64,000 nucleotides of DNA from Leucoraja ocellata (Eukaryota), in contig JAWMAR010000030.1 in assembly GCA_036785375.1 (NCBI GenBank), positions 1,302,001 to 1,366,000 on the forward strand, in the 5' to 3' direction. Positions 48,936-59,620 of the stretch are shown piece after piece (within the stretch, counting starts at the first letter, position 1; each line of letters starts with the position of its first letter). The notes below the pieces were generated by a model that searched no databases, was not told the DNA's origin, and saw only the letters and a list, made by a program, of their open reading frames with translations. The translations under genes were made by a program, and so were the position numbers.

Positions 48936-50172
48936 AAGAAAACACATGCTAAGCAATAACAAATAAAGAAAAAGAAATTGGTATGTTGGCATATATTGTA
49001 GTTGATGTCCATTACAGCAATCTGATGGATATCTTGTCTCAAACATATTTTGTTGTTGTTAGTTATAGGAAAGTAGACCACGAGAATACAAAGAAACATT
49101 AATTGTGGAGCAGCCATTGTAATGCAGTCTGTTATGGTTTAGAAAGAGTGTTTTGCTGGTGCAATGTGGTTCAAGAACTTGATGGGAAGAGGCTTGAGCT
49201 TTGAAAGACCAGTTCTTGGGCTGCTGAGAGTCTCTTGAGGCACCAAAAAGAGCTGCAATTTGAATTTTATTTAGTCTTGATGTCTTATTACTTTATTTGC
49301 TTACATATGTAGCCTTCAAGTGAAGTTCATACCAGCATTTTACCTTTAGGCTGGGTAGAACGTTTTTTGTTATTTAGTCACAATGCCATGTGAGGAATAG
49401 GCTGAGCCTGTTTGATCCATCACCAATAGATAACTGAAGATGGTTACCATGATAACTTGCAGGCTTGTTCTTGTGTGATATGAACATAACATGTATTGAT
49501 TAATCTATACTATGATTGTGGATGGATGCAATATCTCTCCTATAGCTATAATCTGCTTCTTTACCATAGCTCTAATGATAAATCTGGCAGAAAGTTTTTA
49601 GATGTTTATAATAGTTTGTCTGAGGAACCAGTGATGTGGAACCTAATGGATCCCCTGAGAAAGTTTTTCTAAACTGCCCCGGCTTTCAACCCAATAACCT
49701 CTCCTAGATGCAGCACTTGCAAGAAAACAGACACTTGAGTGTTAACAACAATATTACAGGATGTCCAAATTACCAGGTAATGGAAGTGAAGTCCCACCTC
49801 ACACCCCTTGCAGCACTAACTCAAGCCACCTCGGGTTGCCAGAAGGGATGTGCAGAATGCCACACCTGAAAGCCAAGGAGTATGGGAATTAAGCCTCTAC
49901 TTGCCAGAGGTCACCAAGTCAACACGGATCAAAAGTAGGAGGCAAAGGCCCAGCCATTAACATACAGGAGGGCAGGAGTAATAGAACCCTGACATTTATT
50001 TTCTCTGGGGAAACCAAAACATCACCACAGGCCAGAGGGGAGTGGAGTTGGACATTGGTGAAGTAGGCTGGTCTCCACTATGCAATACTATTAGATTCAC
50101 CACAAGGACTTGGCCAAAAGAAAGATGTCCAGGATCCTGACATGCTCTGGGAGGACACTGCTAGCAAGACTT

Positions 50173-50363
50173 GAAAAACCCAGGATTACAAAAGAAGAAG
50201 AAACCCAGGATTACAAAAGTAGAAAAACCCAGGATTACAAAAGTAGAAAAACCCAGGATTACAAAAGTAGAAAAACCAAGGATTACAAAAGTTGAAAAAC
50301 CCAGGATTACAAAAGTTGAAAAACCCAGGATTACAAAAGTAGAAAAACCCAGGATTACAAAAG
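50173..50363. repeat. 24-bp minisatellite, about 8 copies
   Basis: Unit GAAAAACCCAGGATTACAAAAGTA/T. Confidence 0.93.
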
Positions 50364-52454
50364 AAGCAGAATGAAGAACAACTATAATTTACTGGTAAAC
50401 CTGCAGTGTCCTGGATATTAATTTGAGGTCGATCTGTACTGAAAGATGTGACAGATTGGCGATTGTAGAGCTATTGAGGATCAGTGTCCCTGGAGGATGA
50501 CATTCTACAAGGTGAGTATGCTGAGAGTCGCTGTCCTGTCTGAGGAGATCCAGTGCATCTGTTACCTCTCTCGCCCAGTCCAACATAAGGTATGTAAAAA
50601 GCTACCAAAAATAGCGTAATATTTTATTCCTGACAAACAGGGTATTTTAAGAGCCTCTGAAAAGAGATGTAATATTTCACTCCCATAGTCTGCCATGTAG
50701 GATGTCCTGTTTCTCTATTTGTAGTGCTTAGTTTAGAATCATGCATGTCGTTCAGACCAGTATTTGATCGTGCATCATGCCACAATTTATTAGAAATGGT
50801 ATTGTGACAATGTATGGTGCTGGAATAGGCATTAGAACCTTCATCAATAGGTGGCAAAAAATGGTGATGATGAAAGGATGATGTCCAGGACGACCAGAAT
50901 AATCTTGGAGTTTGGTTCTTGTTTGATACGAACATAACTTGCTGATGTTGTGACTGATCATGATACAGGTAGTGGATGGATACTAGTTGGCAGTGTCTTT
51001 CCAATTGCTGTAATCTGCTTCTTTGCAATGGCTAGGCTAGTAAATCTGGCAGAACAATAAGTTTGCAATAGTTTGGAAAACTAGAGTGATTGGGACCCCT
51101 TTAGAAAGTCCTCTAAATTGCCACTGACTTGAAGCCTCTATTGTTTCCCAGTTACAGCACTTGCAAGATAACACATCCTTATGTTAATTTCAATTTATCA
51201 CATGGAAATGCCTGGAAGCAAGATGTCAAATAGACGAACATGCTGTGCTGGGAGGACTCTGCTAGCAAGACAGAAAATCTTTGGTGATGAAGCTTCTACT
51301 TGCCAGAGGATGGAACCCCCACTAAGGCAACACTGGTCAAGGGAAAGGAAAAGGGATGACAAGGAGGACGGCAGGGCCCAGCCACGACCATAGAGGGGAG
51401 CAAAAGCAGCATCACCTTGACACCGCTTGTCTTCGGGAAAGCCAAGGCATCGGAACAGCCCATAAAGTTGCTGGAGATAATGTCATTGGAGAACCAGCCC
51501 GATCTCCGCTGCGCAATACCATTGGATACACCACAAGGGAATGACCAGAGAGAGGCAAGATGTCGGGATGTCCTTATGGACTCTGCAAGCAATACGGAGA
51601 AATGCTGAGATTCACAGAAAGAAAAGAAGCACAATGAAGAACAGCAATCATTTGTTGATAAACAATGTGTGTGGGCCACTCATTCGTATGAACTGAATGT
51701 ATGAATATAACATGTTGGTATTCTTTTGACTGGCTGCTGGAAAGATGCTCTTTTGTGGCAATGTAACGTGCAGCAGTAATATGCCTTTGAGACTGCTTGA
51801 TCAAGCATCTAAAGGTGGTAGAAGTTGGTGATGACCATAACTCGTGAAGTTAGACATAAAAAGGTGGAGTAACTCCGCGGGTCAGACATCATCTCGAAAG
51901 AAAAGGGTCCAACACTTCTTCAAACTGGAGAGTCAGGAAAGGGCAACGAGAGATATAGATGGTGATGTGGAAAATTTCATTAACTCATTCTCTCTTAACA
52001 AACCGCTTCCTTTATAACCATAACCTTTTTGCATGCTTTCATTAACTTGTTCTGTATCACTGTCTATCTCATTTCACATTCCGCTGACTCCAGTCAGAAG
52101 AACGGTCTCGACCCTAAATGCCATATATTCCTTTTCCCCAGAGATGCTCCAGCTTGTTGTGCCTATCTTCTATTTAAACCAGTGTCTGTAGTTCCTACAT
52201 GTAAAGGCTTGTTCTTGTGTGATGCTGTTGTAGCGATGTGTCCTCTTCAGTGGCTATAAATGGCTCGGGTGTTAAATCTATCAGGAGACGTTTGTAATGG
52301 CTTAACTGAAGAAATGGAGTGATGGAGAACCTGATGGATCCCTTGAAGAAAGTTCTACAAAACTACCCATGGTTTGAAGCCAATAATGTCTCCTATCTGT
52401 GGCATATGCAGTATAACTGATCCGTGTATGTCAACTTAAACATAATAGGATGTC

Positions 52455-52722
52455 CGTGGATTGTCACCTTGTGGTGGAGAAGTTTGTGTGATTCTGAGAG
52501 CGATGCCGTCTGGAGCTATACTCTTGGTGGGGGCCACCCATGGTGGTAAGGTCGAGGAGGAGGTCCCTGACAGAGCAATCCAACCAAGACCTCAACGGTG
52601 GACCAGACGGAGGATGATGGCTGACTTTAGTGGAGCGTCACAACGACTTGGAAGACGGATGAAGGCTGCAGCAGAAAAAGGTCCCCAGTCGTCTTGGACT
52701 CCATACTACTGAATTCTGACCC
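52455..52722 (+). mobile_element. Probable RTE-clade (Expander/BovB-like) 5' UTR fragment
   Basis: CACCTTGTGGTGG...GATGCCGTC...GGGCCACCCA resembles, from memory, RTE 5' ends; no ORF support. Confidence 0.45.
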
Positions 52723-52734
52723 GTTATGTTTGTT

Positions 52735-53125
52735 GGTGAGGCTTGGGACGTGGTTAGTTGTGCATGTGTGAATGGCGTTTGAGAAAACTGCTCACATCTA
52801 GTGCATTACCTTAGAAGCTTTAGATTTAACAGTGATTTATCTAAAACCGGAGGAAACAAAATTTGTTTGACTAAGTAGGTTCTGAAGATGTGGAGTTTTT
52901 AAGACATGCAGGAATTATGGCAAACATTAAAACAAAACTTTTGCCTCAAGATTTGCTTGAGCAGGTAGATAAGGAAGGAAAGAAGAGGCTCGGGTCGTTT
53001 GAAATCAAACAGCAATGTTTCCGTTTCATTGTGAGTGCTTTGGTTCTTGTTGACGAAGATGATCCATATATTGAACGTCGCTCAAAGGTGTGCTTTTCGG
53101 CTCTGCAATGTTGCAAAGAGAAAAA
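52735..53125 (+). mobile_element. Third, more diverged pogo/Tigger relic
   Basis: AWDVV...VNGV...EDDPYIERRSKVC, homologous to 33650-34040. Confidence 0.65.
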
Positions 53126-53237
53126 AAAAAAATAGAAGTCACCCAAACATCGCGAGGAAATCTGACATTTGGTAGCAACAAACCTGCCGTCGACATCTGC
53201 TATCTCCATATCTCACCCAACTGCTGCCTCAACCAAG

Positions 53238-53540
53238 CGTGGAACGGCAGAGTTGCTGCCTTACAGCACCAGAGACCCGGGTTCGATCCTGACTACGGGT
53301 GCTCTCTATGGAATTTGTTCATTCTCCCCGTGACTTGCGTTGGTTTTCTCTGAGATCATCCGTTAACTCCCACACTCAAGGTGTACTGGTTTATAGGTTA
53401 ATTGGGTACAGTAAAAATTATAAATTGCTCCTACTGTGTGTGATAGTGATAGTGTTAATGTGCGGGGATCGCTGTACAGTTATAGACTCGGTGAGCCGAA
53501 CGGCCTGTTTTTTTGTGTTGTATCTCTAAACTAAACTAAT
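53238..53540 (+). mobile_element. V-type SINE (HE1-like)
   Basis: B-box GGTTCGATCC, V-domain-like core, (CTAAA)n tail. Further copies at ~57905-58100 (-) and ~60285-60515 (+). Confidence 0.8.
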
Positions 53541-56084
53541 TCACTGACTCTCTTTGTGCCCATGCCCCCGGTCTCTGGCTCCGAGTTCACCAACGGATAC
53601 GGAGGACTCCCAGTAACCTTCCACCTCAACCTCCTTCTATGCTGTCTTGGGCAAGCAGAGATCACCAGTCGTCGATGTAAGTGTTAACATTTACATTCAA
53701 AAAGAGATTTTCAATTTACAATTATGTTTAATTTAGATGCCTTTACTGTTGATTTTGTTTTTAAACTTTTTTCTTTATTAAATATTGATGGACCCCTGCT
53801 CTCAGATCTTGGCTATCGTGGACCTTCTGTGGACCAATCTGCGCACTGACAGTTGCCGTCTTGCCCAAAGAGATCCAGAGCATCTGCAATGTACCCTCAC
53901 TCATTCCAACAAAACTTCTGGTAAGAGCTACCAAAAAGAGTAATTTATTCCACACTGATTATTTTAGAAATCACCAGAAAAACGTACTCCCCAAGTCTGC
54001 CATTTACATGTATTTTGTTTGAATGTCCTACTTCTCTATTTATAGTGCTTTGTGATAAAAGATGCAACATTTGGGCTGGGAATTTGAGCTTCAAGCTGGG
54101 TAGAAGGTTTCACACAACTTTACACAACATGGTTCATGTGAAACAATTGTACACAAGCTGACATTTTCTTGAAGATCTCAATTATGTAAATGCAAATTGC
54201 AGGCATCAAAGGTCTTTATTTTTCAGCTGGCCCCAGTCATTAAATGTCAAGGAACTGTACACAGTAATTTAGAGCCACAGGAATCTGCAGATGCTGGAAT
54301 CTTGATCAAAAGAAATGTGTTGCTCAATGGGTGATGCAAACCTCTATGGAAGAAATGGCCAGCCAACATTGTGGGTTGTGACCCTTCTTCAGTCTGTTAG
54401 TCTAGCACTAGCAGGGGATATTACAGGTAAATTTGAACAAGAAATAGCAAATAATGGAAATAAAAAAACAAAATGCTGGAAATTTCACCCCATCAGGAAA
54501 CATCAATAAAGAGAGAAACATTATAATGAAAGTTAATTAAAGAACAATCCCTAATATTTTGAGATGTCTTTCATGAAATCTGTTGCTTCAGTAGATTTGT
54601 GCTCGGTGAACGCATGACTTTAAGAACCGAACTGAGTTTTTTAACTGGCTGCATCTGATATTTTACGTGAGCAAGACCAGGCCATCTTTTTGTCACTAGA
54701 TGGTGCCAGAGTCTGTCTTTCCATAGCAATGATCTATTATGTTTATAATTGTACACCAGTTAACAATAATTTGTAAAGATTGTAAAGATAATTTCTATGC
54801 TGCATGCAGCATAGAAATAGGCCCTTTGGCCCAACTTAACCCTGTCAACCAAGATGACCCATCTAAAATAGTCTCATTACTTGCGTTTGGTTCCTATCCC
54901 TCTAAACGTTTTCTATCCATGTACCTGTCCAAGTAGCTTTGAAATGTTGTTATTGTCCCTCAACTACTTTCCCTGGCTGCTCGTATTTATACCATCCACT
55001 CTCTAAGTGGACAAACTTGTCCCTCAGTTCCCTATAGCTTTTTCCCCTTTCACCTGGACAGGTACATGCATTGGAAAGGTTTAGCGGGATATGGGCCAAA
55101 TGCAAGCAAACTGGACTAGTTGAGATGGGGCATCTTGGTCAGCACAGACTAGTTGGACTGAAGGCCATGTTTCCAATCTGTATGACTGACTATGAAGTGT
55201 ATTTCTTGATGATCTTACCCTGGTAAAAAGACTCCATACATTAATTATTGAACCAACATTGCGATTCTTTGAAATTAGAAACAAAATGCTTTACTGCAAA
55301 TGAGATCTATAATTTACACAAGGACCATTCTTAGTCACGTGTGTGACCAAAAAAATATGAAAAATTGTGGGAATACATCTCTTCTAATTCTGAAAGCATT
55401 ACAGGTATATTGTTTCATACTGTATATATGATTTTTTTTTTGAAAGTTTATCAAGAGAAATGTTTGTTATGCTGACAATGTTTGTTCAGGGTCAGAGGTC
55501 AAACATGACTGGTCACATGTGTGATCTCACACGGAAGCATTTTTTTCATAACTCAGTTTTATCTTTCAAACTGAATTTTAAAAAAAGCTAGAATGTTCAT
55601 ATCTTTAGCAGACATGCATTATAGGTCTGTCGGTAGGAAAACAACAATGAATACGATTAATCATCTCTGAAAGAATTCTTTTAAATGTATCACTTTATGT
55701 GATGCCATCTGGTCACGTGTGTGTGTGACATTTTTGTTACACTTTTCAAAGAATGACCCATAAATTCTTCTACCTTTTACAGCTGGGTTCGATCCAGAGT
55801 ATGAAGTACTGCCCTACCCATTCGAGGTGGATGCCGTGTTGAAAATAACCTCAAGTATTCAGCAAGGAGTGGATGGATCCTGCTTCGTATTGCTCCCTCC
55901 AGCAAGATGGCGGTGGTACGCTTCATCCTCCAGATCACCACTACAGCAGTCGGCAGTACCATCGGGCAGATCATTATGATGATGGTAGCTCGAATCACCA
56001 AGACAATGGTCCAGGCATCCAATTTGTGCATTGACATAATTGAAACTACCTTATTGGGATAAAGGCACAGGATGGATTTAGATG

Positions 56085-56760
56085 AAGGACATATTTGAGC
56101 CACTGAATTCCATCATCACCAAAAAAGCATACCAACATTTCTACTTCCTCAGAAGACAAAGGATATTTGACATTAATCTAAAGACTCTTACCAACCTCTA
56201 CAGTTGAATTGTTTTGAAAACATACTGCCGGGTTGTATCACAGCTTGGTTTTGGAGCTGCTTTGCCCAAGACCATGAGAAATTGTAAAGTTGTGGATCAC
56301 TCCAGCACCCAGACCAGACTTCTCACCATTGACTACATCTACACTTCACTCCCTTGGGAAAGCAGCCAACATAATCAAGGACCTTTTCCACCCTTGTTAT
56401 TTCCACTTTCCCCTGCTTTCCACCACAAAGAGGATACAAAAGCTTGAAATCGCGTACTTTCAGACTCGAGAACAGCTTCTTCCCCTGTTATTTGACTTCT
56501 GAACGGTCCTTCCAGAAGCTAGGATACATTTCTTAATTTTCAACCAACATCATTGTGAACATTGGACTTTTCCTCAAACGGTTATACTACAATGTTGAGA
56601 AACTGTATGCTGCACTATGCATGTTTCTGCCCTCTCTACCTATTGTGCTTGTGTATGGCTTGATTATATTTATGTACAGTATTACCTGATTTAATTGCGT
56701 AGCATGCAAACAAAAGCTATTCACTTTATTTCAGTGTTCACAACAATAAAGCAATTTAAA
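56085..56760 (+). mobile_element. Old Rex1/Babar-like LINE 3' fragment
   Basis: ITKKAYQHFYFLRR...CITAWF...KAANIIKD..HP resembles the C-terminus of Rex1-clade ORF2; AATAAA near 56745. Confidence 0.6.
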
Positions 56761-56861
56761 CTTGTTTTGTGTGCCACAGTAAATGACTTCACAATGCCAT
56801 ATTATATCCCTTCTGTTATGTTCTGGCCCACACACTCAGCTTGTTTCTATCCCTTTAATAG

Positions 56862-57155
56862 ACAATAGGTGCAGGAGTAGGCCATTCGGCCCTTCGAGCC
56901 AGCACCGCCATTCAATGTGATCATGGCTGATCATCCCCAATCAGTACCCCGTTCCTGCCTTCTCCTCATATCCCCTGACTCCGCTATTTTTAAGAGCCCT
57001 ATCTAGCTCTCTCTTGAAAGCATTCAGAGAACGCGCCTCCACCGCCCTCTGAGGCAGAGAATTCCACAGACTGAGAAAAAGTGTTTCCTCATCTCCGTTC
57101 TAAATGGCTTACTCCTTATTCTTAAACTGTGGCCCCTGGTTCTGGACTCCCCCAA
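56862..57155 (-). mobile_element. CR1 LINE 3' fragment
   Basis: Canonical local CR1 3' UTR (GGTGCAGGAGTAGGCCATTCGGCCCTTCGAGCC on the plus strand) plus remnants of the LWNSLPQR segment. Confidence 0.85.
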
Positions 57156-59307
57156 AAAACTATTTACATCCTTCTCACTACTCAAACATTTCCCAAGTTT
57201 TATATCATCAGATAAACTGGAAATGTGCTATTTGGCTGCTTCATCCAACCATCTGAAGAAGACTGAATGATCAGGATTCCTGTGTTACCCCACCTATTTA
57301 ATCCCAATCCTTGGTTGCTGCCTGTCAGCCAATTCTCAACAGCCAGTGGTATACTACACTAATCACATACATTCTGAAGTTCTAAATGTACCACTACCAT
57401 TGTCCATTTAACTAACCATATCCTCAAATATCTTCAAACAATTTAATCCCATGGACTTTTCTGGATTAAACTCCATTGACTATTGCTCAGACCATTTGCC
57501 CAACTGATTTAGATCCTGCTGTAATTTTTGATAACAATCTTCACTGTCTATGATACCACACACATTAGTGTCATCTGCAAACTCCCAGTCCCAAAAGGCT
57601 ATTTCATTCCAACTCGCCTTAATTTATTGCCTGCTTAATTAGTCCATTTTGATCTCTATAGCAAGTCTATGGCTGCCTTGAAATCCCTTGGGAAAGCAGC
57701 CAACATTTGTACTGTTTCATTCCATAACTTGGAATTCAATTCAATTTGTGATTCACTTTCTAGTTCATCAGGCACCATCTCCACCTCCCAAAATATTTGA
57801 GGAGATTGGGCCATTGTTTTGTGATGAATGGAATATTTAGAAATGCTATCAACATCTTTGAAACTGCACATTATTAGTCTGTGGTTGTGACTGTCACAAG
57901 GTCATAAGGAATCGGAATAGAATGAGGCCATTCGGCCCGCATGTCTTTGGGATGTGGAAGGAAACTGGAGGAAGCCTACACGGTCACAAGGTGAACGTGC
58001 AAACTCCACACAGACAACACACAAGGTCAGGATCGAACCTGGATCTTGTGCGCAGGTGAGATAGCAGCAGGTATACCAGATGAGCCACTGTGCCTCCCAA
58101 TGATCTTGGCAACCCAGTAACCTGACCCAACTCCACCCAGCCCCAACTCCACAGAAACCTCCTATCATTTCATTGGATTAGTCCAACACAATCTTAATCA
58201 CCCTCCTATCTGCTACGGTATGGAAGACCCACATCAGCGATCCAAGTCTACAATTGCCATTGAAGTTTCTGCCTTTGTGAGAAGCGGCCGATAATGAATA
58301 GTACCCCCATTGTTCCCGCTCCTTCTATGCTGCCCTGTGTATTATGATCAAGGGATTAGTTACTTCTAATGGGAGAGGATGGAAATGCAATTGTACTGCT
58401 TCCATGGCAACTCGGGTATTTCTGATGTGAACACTTCACCTTGTTCAGTTAGCACGATTATAATCGCATTGATTTTCTTGATTGAATAAATGGAATGAGA
58501 ATGGATGTGGGAGGAGAGGTAAGTCTAAATATAAGAATATAAACAGAAGTAGCATTAAACTTCTCAAGTTTTGTGCAAGACCATGTCTGTCTTGGGTTCA
58601 CCTTTCATGGAACGCCTGCCATTGTTTCCCCCAAAAATAAACTCTGCAAAAGAACAATTATATACAAAACCAAAGATTGCAAAAACTCATTCTCAGTGTC
58701 TTAGAAACATAGAAAATAGGCCCTTCAGCCCTTTGAGCCAGCCCCGCCATTCAATACGATCATGGCTGATCATCCTAAATCAGTTCCCCATTCCTGCTTT
58801 TCCCCATAGCCCTTGATTCCGTACTTTGATTCACTTGATTCATACATTTGTAGTGTTCACACCTATCTTTAAACAAAATACCCTTGTGGCCTCTGTGAGG
58901 TGATATCCACGTCCTTGTTTGAGGGGGGTTTCCACTAGACTCTGCCCTTCAAAGATCAGTGTGCTTCTGCAGTGTCTACTATCATTCTTTTCCCCAAAAT
59001 AAGCATTATTCAGAATAATAAAAAATATATACTAAAAAAGAACAGTGCAAAATTTCTTCTGATATTCTCAGTGTTTATACATTTATTAGTATTCTATCGC
59101 AAATTATCCTTTATTCCAAGCACCCTTGCCACTCATGTGGCTCCCTTCCCTTGTTTGAGGGGTGTCTCCACCAGATGCTGCCTGCATTCTTATTTAAAGA
59201 AGATAAACAAAATGCTGGAGTAACTCAGCGGACATGCAGGATCTCGAGAGAAGGAATGGGTGAAGTTTTGGATCGAGACCCTTCTTCGGAGCTGCCATCT
59301 TACTTAA

Positions 59308-59620
59308 TGGATGGGATTTATATAGCGCCTTTCTAGATACTCAAGGCGCTTTACATCGCATTATTCATTCACTCATCAGTCACACTCGGTGGTGGTGAGC
59401 TACTTCTGTAGCCACAGCTGCCCTGGGGCAGACTGACGGAAGCGTGGCTGCTAATCTGCGCCTACGGCCCCTCCGACCACCACCAGTCATTCACACACAG
59501 GCAAGGGTGGGTGAAGTGTCTTGCCCACGGACACAACGACAGTATGCACTCCAAACGGGATTCGAACCGGCTACCTTCCGGTCGCCAGCCGAACACTTAG
59601 CCCATTGCGCCACCTGTCGT
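59308..59620 (-). mobile_element. tRNA-derived CORE-type SINE with L2-like tail
   Basis: Minus strand: A-box TGGCGCAATGG, B-box GGTTCGAATCC, CORE-like GTGTCCGTGGGCAAGACACTTCACCC, and a tail stem-loop GTAAAGCGCCTTGAG...AAAGGCGCTATATAAAT. Confidence 0.78.

Noticed and set aside
44122-48959. Many 60-150 aa ORFs suggesting a repeat protein
   Set aside because: No frame stays open across units, indels between copies are not multiples of three, and stops such as GGATAAAATGAGG recur.
50110-50374. (EKPRITKV)n peptide
   Set aside because: It is the translation of a 24-bp minisatellite, open in more than one frame, with no convincing start or splice context.
59560-59616. tRNA gene
   Set aside because: A and B boxes are present, but they are the head of a SINE that continues into CORE and LINE-derived tail sequence; I could not fold a full cloverleaf.
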